A stretch of 34,050 bases of DNA, from the IMG/VR virus record IMGVR_UViG_3300047159_000064. One strand, given 5' to 3'. Made by a program: the position numbers and the translations under genes. The notes below the pieces were generated by a model that saw only the letters and a list, made by a program, of their open reading frames with translations, searched no databases and was not told where the DNA came from. The stretch comes from a virus (lineage: Duplodnaviria > Heunggongvirae > Uroviricota > Caudoviricetes). This document shows positions 27,224 to 34,050 of this stretch, piece after piece (position 1 is the stretch's first letter; every line of letters starts with the position of its first letter).

Positions 27224-27469
27224 TTACTGAATCCAGTTTCCCGATTCCTCTTCCCTGTCGGCCTTCGAGCACGCGGCCAAAGCGGCGAATATGCACGCCA
27301 TGAAAAGCAGCAGGATCGAGCACGCCAGCGCTATGGTCGGCAGGAACGCCTCGGCTCAAGTCATGTCTGACCCGAGGCATTTGGCGATCAGAAGGGAAGC
27401 CTGCGATCCGGCCCACAGGATCAGCAGGGCGATCGACGACGCGACAAGAGCCTTGCCTTTCTTAGTCAT
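27224..27469 (-). CDS. 81-aa two-helix membrane protein with in-frame TGA at codon 38 (missed by the ORF track)
   Basis: AAGGAG RBS; MTKKGKALVASSIALLILWAGSQASLLIAKCLGSDMT[TGA]AEAFLPTIALACSILLLFMACIFAALAACSKADREEESGNWIQ-TAA. Confidence 0.8.
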
Positions 27470-27554
27470 TCGCGATCTCCTTGGCCGCTATCGCGATTTC
27501 GATCAGAGCGGCTGTCGACAGCGATACGGCGATCCAGCACAGAACGATGATCAT
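27462..27554 (-). CDS. 30-aa hydrophobic peptide
   Basis: AAGGAG RBS; coupled to both neighbours. Confidence 0.55.
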   Translation of the reverse strand: MIIVLCWIAVSLSTAALIEIAIAAKEIAND

Positions 27555-27556
27555 GA

Positions 27557-27874
27557 TTAAAGCTCCTTCACCCCTTTGACAGGCTTGCGCAGCTTGGCCG
27601 CCTCGAAGTCGGAGAAGTAGCCTCCGAGCATCGACATCAGCCTGGCTCCGAAAGGCCTGCTCGGATCCCCTCGGTCCATCGTCTCGTCGTCGACCTCGAT
27701 CTCCCCGTCCTTGTTCCTAGACACCGCGTACTCGCCGTATCCTGCCGAAGAGGACCAGCCTATAACCAGATAGTCCTGGAACACCTCGTACGCCTCTCCG
27801 TCTTCGTACACCTGGGTCTTGGTCCCCGATCTGACGTAATCGACCCTAAGCCCGTCTTTAGTCTTTTCGCTCAT
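27557..27874 (-). CDS. Hypothetical protein
   Basis: 105 aa, TAA stop. Confidence 0.8.
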   Translation of the reverse strand: MSEKTKDGLRVDYVRSGTKTQVYEDGEAYEVFQDYLVIGWSSSAGYGEYAVSRNKDGEIEVDDETMDRGDPSRPFGARLMSMLGGYFSDFEAAKLRKPVKGVKEL

Positions 27875-28058
27875 TGGATTCCTTTATCCTTTCGATGACG
27901 TATCTCTCGAACTCTTCCTGATCTTCGTCTTCCAGCCTTCTCGCCTTCCTGGTCTTGAGGCGATCGCTCAGCCTCCCGAACGCCGGCAGCCAGGCCAGAG
28001 CCAAAGTCGTCCCTGCGAAGAAAGCCGCCGCGAATCCGAGCCACAGCTCCAGCTCCAT
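27858..28058 (-). CDS. Small protein with N-terminal membrane helix
   Basis: MELELWLGFAAAFFAGTTLALAWL...; GGAGG RBS. Confidence 0.7.
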   Translation of the reverse strand: MELELWLGFAAAFFAGTTLALAWLPAFGRLSDRLKTRKARRLEDEDQEEFERYVIERIKESNERKD

Positions 28059-28240
28059 AGCCTTCCCCTCCATACGAGATATCATACGATGTTCCAGATT
28101 CCGATGTCTGGGCTGAGCTTCGACTAGCGACTAATTGCATCGGTAGATCCGAAATCCGAATTCAGGATTCTGCGATCCGGTTTCGCCAGACGAAAAAAGA
28201 GCGGGCCTCCCCGCTCTCGCTTTCGGATCCTCGCTTCGGC

Positions 28241-28567
28241 CTAACCTATCTTCATGCGGCTCTTCATGACCTCGGCCTCGGAAGGGCATTCCTTCCAGAC
28301 CTCACCGTAGTTGTCTTTCGTCAGCTCGTAGACATAGGCCGCCTCGTGGTAGGTCGGGACCGTCTCGTTCTGCTCCGTCCCGTAAGAGCCTTCGTCAGTG
28401 GACCACGGAGATCCCCTGACCTCCATCCAGTCGTCCCCGCCTCCGAGGTGCTGGCATCTTACGCCGGCGAACGTCAGGAACCATTTCCCTCTCTCGCCTT
28501 TGGCCATGACGAACATGGGATTGCCGCCCTGCTTAAGCTTCTCGACGACCCAATCGTAGTTTCCCAT
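28241..28567 (-). CDS. Hypothetical protein
   Basis: Start MGNYDW after AAGGAG; early-type promoter upstream. Confidence 0.8.
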   Translation of the reverse strand: MGNYDWVVEKLKQGGNPMFVMAKGERGKWFLTFAGVRCQHLGGGDDWMEVRGSPWSTDEGSYGTEQNETVPTYHEAAYVYELTKDNYGEVWKECPSEAEVMKSRMKIG

Positions 28568-28631
28568 GTCTTTTCTCCTTGCGAATATATCATATCGCAT
28601 CTAAGGCCGGAAGTAAACGGCCGGCCGAAGA

Positions 28632-29135
28632 TTATTTCTGCCCGTCCTTCGAGGATTCCTCTTTGTCGATTGCCTGCCTGATCAGCTCCTTCGTCTTGGA
28701 GTCGTACTTGGCCATGTCCTCCGCCAGATCCACCAGCATGTAGTTCTCGGGCAGATCGGTCTTTATCGCGCAGTTGTACCAGCAGAGCAGGGCGTCTATC
28801 AGAGCAGAGACCCTGTCCCTTCTCTCTACTGCCTGCGACTTCTGCCCGTCAGACGGCTGCGAATCCTTGCCGGACAGCTCCTTGACGACCGAATCTAGGC
28901 GCGCAGCGTAGGTCTCCAGCGCCGCTAGGACGAGCTCGAAATCCTGAGAGGCCATGACAGGCGTCTCTTTGCGCTCGACTAAAAGGCGGCCTTCTATGGC
29001 CTTGACGTCGTCTTTCATTTTCTGGAGCCTCGGATCGGCGTCCGCCCTGGCGCCCATCGTGTATCTGATGATCTCGCCGGCGTGGTACAGCAGCTCTTCG
29101 GCCAGCTCGTTCTGGCCATCAGTCAGTTTGTTCAT
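28632..29135 (-). CDS. Hypothetical helical protein
   Basis: 167 aa; GCTAAATT upstream. Confidence 0.8.
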   Translation of the reverse strand: MNKLTDGQNELAEELLYHAGEIIRYTMGARADADPRLQKMKDDVKAIEGRLLVERKETPVMASQDFELVLAALETYAARLDSVVKELSGKDSQPSDGQKSQAVERRDRVSALIDALLCWYNCAIKTDLPENYMLVDLAEDMAKYDSKTKELIRQAIDKEESSKDGQK

Positions 29136-29231
29136 TGTCCCGTCTTTCCCCGCATCTCATAATTTAGCGCAAGTTAGGCGCAGAAAAAAAACGCCGATCG
29201 CGCAGCGTCCTTCTGGTTTATCTGATATCTT

Positions 29232-29369
29232 TTAGGCTCCTAGCAGAGAGGCGATCGTGACCAATCCGGCTATGAACCCCGCGGTCGCAAGGCAGGCTAT
29301 CACCATGACGGCGAGGATCTTCTTCCACTCGTCGTCGGCTCTCTGGCCGATCCTTTCGGGCCGCCTCAT
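29232..29369 (-). CDS. 45-aa membrane peptide
   Basis: MRRPERIGQ...ILAVMVIACLATAGFIAGLVTIASLLGA. Confidence 0.6.
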   Translation of the reverse strand: MRRPERIGQRADDEWKKILAVMVIACLATAGFIAGLVTIASLLGA

Positions 29370-29370
29370 A

Positions 29371-29559
29371 TTAGTGCCTTCCCTCGAGGATGTCGGCGAG
29401 CCGGCCTGGGATGACCTCTTTCGCATTGCACTCGTCGCAGCAGACCTGGTTCTTCTTCCACTTGACGGTGGAGCCGTCGGCCCCTCTCGCCCCGTGAGGG
29501 CTGTTCCCGAAGCCGACGATCTTCTTGCCGCAGATGCAGCATCTCTTGGAATCAGCCAT
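29371..29559 (-). CDS. Small Cys-rich (CCIC..CCDEC) zinc-binding phage protein
   Basis: CCICGKKIVGFGNSP...CCDECN. Confidence 0.75.
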   Translation of the reverse strand: MADSKRCCICGKKIVGFGNSPHGARGADGSTVKWKKNQVCCDECNAKEVIPGRLADILEGRH

Positions 29560-29594
29560 GTCTTTTTTCCTTCTTTCTCTCATTGCCTATATTA

Positions 29595-29638
29595 TATGCC
29601 TGATAGGCCGGGAAGTAAACGGTTTTCCGAAAGAAACT
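29595..29638 (-). promoter_or_regulatory. Early-type sigma70-like promoter with conserved upstream palindrome
   Basis: TTTCGGAAAACCG-TTTACT-N17-TATAAT; similar at ~32190-32240 and ~33190-33238; the -35/-10 part also at ~28590-28620. Confidence 0.75.
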
Positions 29639-29897
29639 AATCTCGATCGTACGCCTTCTTCCGCTTGTACTCGCTCTCGATCTCGATCAGAGCCACGTGA
29701 TTGACCTGAGGGCCAGACAGCGGATCTGTCACGTACCAGCCAGAGCCTAAGAAGTACCTGATGATCTCGCTGACGAAAGCACGGTCGCTGACGGGAGACG
29801 GGTAGATCCCGCAGTCCTCGCCGGACGACAGGGCCTGAATCCGATCGAGGATTTCCTTCTGGCCGATTAACGATGTTTCTCCGTTAATCATAAGCAT
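29637..29897 (-). CDS. Hypothetical protein
   Basis: ORF track; start uncertain (29897 or 29891). Confidence 0.7.
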   Translation of the reverse strand: MLMINGETSLIGQKEILDRIQALSSGEDCGIYPSPVSDRAFVSEIIRYFLGSGWYVTDPLSGPQVNHVALIEIESEYKRKKAYDRD

Positions 29898-29937
29898 AAA
29901 AAAATCCCTCGGCAAGCGAGGGATGGTTTGGTTGGTT

Positions 29938-30291
29938 TCAGTTTTGTCTCGGAAGTTCCCCTTTCTGGTAGGTGATTTCGGTCAGCACGAACCATTGGTT
30001 TTTGACGAGGTACTTTCGGATGGTGATCGCGCCTTTCCGACTGAGGAGTTCGGCGGCACCGTCATCCGCGTACACGCTCTCTCCCTCGCATCCTCCTACA
30101 AACGCTTTCGGGTCAAGGATGGTCTCTTCCCGGATTAGTTGGAGTTGGGAGTTGGCGCGGATTGGCGAGTCCTCGATGTCGAACGAGAACATACCGTCCG
30201 AACCGACATCGACCTTGTGGAGTTTGTTGTCCCCACCGAGGATGTAGAAGCAACCTACATCGGTGCTTCCGCTGATGAACCCGATTCTCAT
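29938..30291 (-). CDS. Hypothetical protein (apparent TGA stop)
   Basis: 117 aa; followed by terminator-like ATCCCTCG/CGAGGGAT-T tract. Confidence 0.75.
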   Translation of the reverse strand: MRIGFISGSTDVGCFYILGGDNKLHKVDVGSDGMFSFDIEDSPIRANSQLQLIREETILDPKAFVGGCEGESVYADDGAAELLSRKGAITIRKYLVKNQWFVLTEITYQKGELPRQN

Positions 30292-31229
30292 TTTTTGTCT
30301 CCTTTCCCGAAGATCAGCTCGTTCATGACCTTCTCGTCGAAGTTCGGCAGTTTCCTAATCTCCGCCAATTCGTCTTCGGTCGGTTCGCGGCGCATCGCGA
30401 CGCACGATGCCAAATATCGGTATCCGTCCGTCTTCTCGATTTCGATGTGCTTCATCGGCGTGTATCTGTTGAAGATTACGCAACCGCCGCCCGTGTTGAA
30501 GATGCCGCACGCTCCATCGGCGCGATTGTATGAACCAATGTTGCGATCGCCTTTGTTCGAGTTGCCCACGTTCCAGTTGCCCTTGTTGCGGTTGCCCACG
30601 TTGCCGTTGCCCTCGTTCGAGTCGCCCTCGTTCGAGTTGCCCTCGTTGCAGTCGCCCTTGTTCCAGTCGCCCTTGTTGCAGTCGCCCTTGTTGCAGTCGC
30701 CCTCGTTGCCGTCGCCCTTGTTGCAGTCGCCCACGTTCGAGTTGCCTTTGTTCGAGTCGCCCTTGTTGCCGTTGCCCTCGTTCGAGTCGCCCTTGTTGCC
30801 GTTGCCCTCGTTGCAGTCGCCCTCGTTCGAGTCGCCCTTGTTGCCGTTGCCCTCGTTCGAGTCGCCCTTGTTGCCGTCGCCCTCGTTCGAGTCGCCCTTG
30901 TTGCAGTCGCCCTTGTTCGACCACCCGGAATTTCTTGATCCTTCGTTCACAAGGGATAAGAACTCCTGCAAGGGGATCTCGCGGACGATTTTGATTTCGG
31001 AGCAAACGCATTTGCCGTCGCCTTCGATGATCTCCCCGGATGCCTCGATCTCGCAGTAGCGGCAAGCGGGCAAGTCGGCGTAGTAACCATAAATCTGCTT
31101 CGGTTCTTTGCAAAAATGGAATCCGTTCACGCAGAGTTTGATCTTTCCTTTGCATTCATAGGTCTTGCCCACTTCGTATTGGAACCCCCTGCATTTCAAA
31201 TCCTTATCGAATCCTTTGTAGCCTTTCAT
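30288..31229 (-). CDS. Phage protein with KGYKG-type N-terminal domain and G(D/N)xN(K/E) pentapeptide tandem repeats
   Basis: MKGYKGFDKDLKCRGFQYEVGKTY...GFHFC; 15-nt tandem repeats ~30530-30930. Confidence 0.85.
   Translation of the reverse strand: MKGYKGFDKDLKCRGFQYEVGKTYECKGKIKLCVNGFHFCKEPKQIYGYYADLPACRYCEIEASGEIIEGDGKCVCSEIKIVREIPLQEFLSLVNEGSRNSGWSNKGDCNKGDSNEGDGNKGDSNEGNGNKGDSNEGDCNEGNGNKGDSNEGNGNKGDSNKGNSNVGDCNKGDGNEGDCNKGDCNKGDWNKGDCNEGNSNEGDSNEGNGNVGNRNKGNWNVGNSNKGDRNIGSYNRADGACGIFNTGGGCVIFNRYTPMKHIEIEKTDGYRYLASCVAMRREPTEDELAEIRKLPNFDEKVMNELIFGKGDKK
30530..30930. repeat. Coding 15-bp tandem repeat
   Basis: Units such as gtcgcccttgttgca / gtcgccctcgttcga / gttgccctcgttcga. Confidence 0.9.
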
Positions 31230-31531
31230 TTGTTTTCTCCTTGACCATAGTCTAAAAGTTGACCGCAATATGGGCAATGCGGATATGTGCTTGCGAGATA
31301 TTCATGGCATTTAGGACACTCGAAGAAGAATCTATTTGGGATTGCTTTCATCGGCTTCTCGGATTGCTCGATTAAGTTAGCGCAATCGGTATAGGCTTGG
31401 ATTTCCCCGTTAAGTCTCGTGATATCGGGATATTTGACGTAGGTGTGGTATTGCTCAAACTCTTCGACAAGCGGTTTTCGCTCGTCAAACAAGGCGTTGA
31501 TTTTGTCTTTCAGGATTTGCTTAATGTCCAT
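31226..31531 (-). CDS. Hypothetical protein with C-terminal double zinc ribbon
   Basis: CPKCHEYL...HCPYCGQLLDY; ATGA overlap with the next gene. Confidence 0.8.
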   Translation of the reverse strand: MDIKQILKDKINALFDERKPLVEEFEQYHTYVKYPDITRLNGEIQAYTDCANLIEQSEKPMKAIPNRFFFECPKCHEYLASTYPHCPYCGQLLDYGQGENK

Positions 31532-31865
31532 TCACTTATCCTCCAGTCCAAGGTCAGAAGGGGCGTATCTCTTAGTTTCTTCAATTCCTTTGAACATTCC
31601 TTTTTTGAAATGGAAGAAATCGTTTTGCTCACACGGATTGGCGGTGATCAACTCAACAAGAACATACCCGTCGCAAATTATGAAATTGATTCCATGTATC
31701 TTAAAAGCCGATAAGCCGATAAGTTTGTTGAGCAATGCTTTTTCTTCTTCCGTCAGCAAATCGGGAACCTCGATTTCGATTGTTTGGTCGAGGAACTTGT
31801 CGGAAAAATCCTCTTTGTTGTAAAGCCAGCAATTCTCATCACGCTCATTGCATAGTACGTGTATT
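31532..31865 (-). pseudogene. 5'-truncated gene (..VLCNERDENCWLYNKEDFSDKFLDQTIEIEV..)
   Basis: Protein-like frame with no start or RBS; begins inside the upstream ORF. Confidence 0.5.
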
Positions 31866-32172
31866 CTCCGAAATGAGCGATTTCCGGATAGCCGGTCTTG
31901 TACTTGTCGTACTGCCATCTCTTCTTCTTGGGAGCCCAATGGAGCTCGACGATCTCGCCGGACTCGTCTTTGAGCATCTTCGTCGGCAGAGAATCGTAAT
32001 ACTGCGGCCCGTCGAACACGCACTTCGCGGCTTGGATGAGGACCGAATTCTGATTGACCTGGATGACGTCGTACGGCCGCTTGACCATGTCCACCCAGCT
32101 GTCTCCTGTCTCTTGGCTGAGATACAGCTTGTCTCCGACCTTAGGGAATTCTTTCTCGTTTTCCATGCTCAT
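31753..32172 (-). CDS. Hypothetical protein, C-terminus apparently replaced by out-of-frame sequence
   Basis: AAGGAG RBS; protein-like to ~YPEIAHFGEY, then non-protein-like. Confidence 0.6.
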   Translation of the reverse strand: MSMENEKEFPKVGDKLYLSQETGDSWVDMVKRPYDVIQVNQNSVLIQAAKCVFDGPQYYDSLPTKMLKDESGEIVELHWAPKKKRWQYDKYKTGYPEIAHFGEYTYYAMSVMRIAGFTTKRIFPTSSSTKQSKSRFPIC

Positions 32173-32237
32173 TGCTCTCCTTGCGATATTATAATACCGC
32201 ATCGCCCGTCGTTTGTAAACGATTTTCCGAAGAAAAT

Positions 32238-32828
32238 CTAATCGGCCTTGGCGAGGTCCTCAGGCTTCGTCGGCTCGTCGGCCAGCACGGACTTGCCGAA
32301 CTTGCTTCCGTTGACCCAGCCGTCAGGCGTAGAGAGGAGGTATTTGCCCCGCTCTTTGTCGAACTTGAACTCAGGCTTGTCCCGCTTGATCCAGGCATGG
32401 TCGCCTTTCTGATTGAGGCTGAGCTGCCAGTAGAATCCCTGCTCCATGACCTTGCCGACGAACGGCCGCTCAGCGGCCACCCTGGCCTCTTTGGCTCTGG
32501 CGTTGTTGCCGTGGTCGAGCTTTGCGTACTTCGGATCCGGCTCCCGCTTGACCGGCTTCTTCGGAGCCCATCCGTCGACGATGTGCCGCTTGAACCTGAC
32601 GTTGTCCGAGAAGCACCAAGACAGATAATACGAAGGCCAGACCTTCTTGTAGTCGTATAAGGCGAGAGTCCGCTCTTGGCCTGAGCCTAAGGGCTTTACG
32701 TAAATCGTCTCAGAATACCGGTTAGGCCCTAAGTCGAGCACCCCCGTCACCACTGCGTCGATCGCCTGCCGGATCCCCTTGTCGAAATAAGTCACCTTAG
32801 CCCCGATCTGGATGTCGCTGATCTTCAT
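32238..32828 (-). CDS. Hypothetical protein
   Basis: 196 aa, AGGAGG RBS. Confidence 0.85.
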   Translation of the reverse strand: MKISDIQIGAKVTYFDKGIRQAIDAVVTGVLDLGPNRYSETIYVKPLGSGQERTLALYDYKKVWPSYYLSWCFSDNVRFKRHIVDGWAPKKPVKREPDPKYAKLDHGNNARAKEARVAAERPFVGKVMEQGFYWQLSLNQKGDHAWIKRDKPEFKFDKERGKYLLSTPDGWVNGSKFGKSVLADEPTKPEDLAKAD

Positions 32829-32856
32829 TTTGTTTTCCTCCTTCGGCCGAGCTAGC

Positions 32857-33165
32857 TCAGTCGTCTAACCGCCAATCGCCTTTCTTAGCTATTGAATCTA
32901 TCAGAGAGCACACCGTCTCGTCTTTCTCGAATTCGCTTTCGTCCCCGAGGAAATCCTCGCAGGAGTCCAAGAACGAATACGGGCTCATGGCCGAGCGGCG
33001 GCTCCGCCATTCGTCGAACAGCTCGCTCGTCGCTTTCTTCAGCCCCAGCCTGTGCCTCTTGATCCAGGCTCTGAGCTTGCCGTAATACTCGTTGTACTTG
33101 ACGATGTGGTAGAAGAAGCCGACGATGTCGTTGACCTCCATCATATGCTTGTCGCTGAGTTCCAT
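32857..33165 (-). CDS. Hypothetical protein (apparent TGA stop)
   Basis: 102 aa, GAGG RBS. Confidence 0.75.
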   Translation of the reverse strand: MELSDKHMMEVNDIVGFFYHIVKYNEYYGKLRAWIKRHRLGLKKATSELFDEWRSRRSAMSPYSFLDSCEDFLGDESEFEKDETVCSLIDSIAKKGDWRLDD

Positions 33166-33236
33166 GTTCCGTTCCTCGCTTACGACAATATTATGCCGCT
33201 TATCATATGAGATGTAAACGGTTTTCCTAAGAAAAT

Positions 33237-33395
33237 TTACTTGCCTTGCCTATGGGGCCTGACGGAGAACGACATCGCCTTGAACCTGAGCCTGAGCCTT
33301 TCAGCTTCCGACGATGCTTCGGACTTAGTCAGACCACCTCGGACGATCTGAGCGATGCCTTCTTTCTCGGCGACGACATCGTAGAGCCTACTCAT
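33237..33395 (-). CDS. Small hypothetical protein (MSRLYDVVAEK...)
   Basis: Start overlaps the stop of the upstream gene. Confidence 0.6.
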   Translation of the reverse strand: MSRLYDVVAEKEGIAQIVRGGLTKSEASSEAERLRLRFKAMSFSVRPHRQGK

Positions 33396-33789
33396 ACCTG
33401 ATGTACACCTTCTCGACCGAGTCCGCCGCTTCAGAATCATAGACTTCGCAGACCAGCCACTCGTAATACCTGCCGTCTGGCCAGACGAATGCGGAATCGT
33501 CTGAGTAGGGCTTCGTCTGATCGACATGGCCGAACAAGCCGAGCGACTTGTCTCCCCTCGTCGGATCGCGAAGCACCAGCTCGTAGCGATCCAGCCGGTC
33601 GTTGTCGTCGAGGAATTCTCTCAGCGATCTGAGGTTCTGCCGAGCCCTTCGCACTTTAGTCATCACGGTCTCCGCCAGATCGTGGCATCTGGCATCGGCC
33701 AAACCTGCCTCTTCTAAGCGGACTGCTTTATTGAAGCATCTGTCGTAGACGAATCCTGCTTCCTCTTCTGTCAGCTCGAGCTTCACCAT
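33388..33789 (-). CDS. Hypothetical protein
   Basis: 133 aa, AGGAGG RBS. Confidence 0.8.
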   Translation of the reverse strand: MVKLELTEEEAGFVYDRCFNKAVRLEEAGLADARCHDLAETVMTKVRRARQNLRSLREFLDDNDRLDRYELVLRDPTRGDKSLGLFGHVDQTKPYSDDSAFVWPDGRYYEWLVCEVYDSEAADSVEKVYIRYE

Positions 33790-34050
33790 GGGCGGAATCC
33801 TCCTGATTAGATCTGTCTTTTAGTATATGCACCTTATATATTATATGATAAATATCCCGGCCGAATCGCGATCGCTTCGGCGAAATAGCCTGACGAAAAG
33901 CTGGCTTGTGCATGGGCACAGGCCAGCTTTCGTTCATGGGTTCGTCTTGCAAAAAAGCCGACCTGTGCATGGGCACAAGCCGGCTTCGTCTGTCTCCGCA
34001 AACCCGTCGTCAGAGACTGTCGTATCCCTGAACTGTCTCGCCTTGGTTGT

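Noticed and set aside
30530-30930. 15-bp tandem repeat as a novel element
   Set aside because: In-frame pentapeptide repeat of a common phage protein family

Overview
Fragment of a large tailed-phage genome (inferred: gut-type, host probably Firmicutes/Bacilli) in which every credible gene is on the minus strand. Left part (~0.7-7.5 kb): about 18 tRNA genes interleaved with two AT-rich endonuclease genes and several structured non-coding spacers. Middle: a helical+TerD-like protein, a kinase-phosphatase-RNA ligase (Pnkp-like), ATP-dependent DNA ligase, acidic probable head-internal proteins, a HAD protein, a second RNA ligase and Thg1. Right: short hypothetical genes behind sigma70-like promoters. 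Four main observations. (1) A five-copy bulged-stem RNA motif (GCUUAUUUCA...UAGC): four copies sit directly upstream of the TerD-domain gene, and one carries a circularly permuted tRNA-like domain as in YrlA Y RNAs. This suggests a Y RNA-like RNP whose protein is not a classical Ro60. (2) UGA appears as an in-frame sense codon (most likely Trp) at 7 sites in 5 genes, with an unusual long-variable-arm tRNA(UCA), while UGA still looks like a stop in some other genes. (3) A complete tRNA-Leu(CAA) is nested in-frame inside an HNH gene. (4) A four-copy covarying pseudoknot motif occurs in the tRNA-array spacers. All calls were made by eye and no database searches were run.
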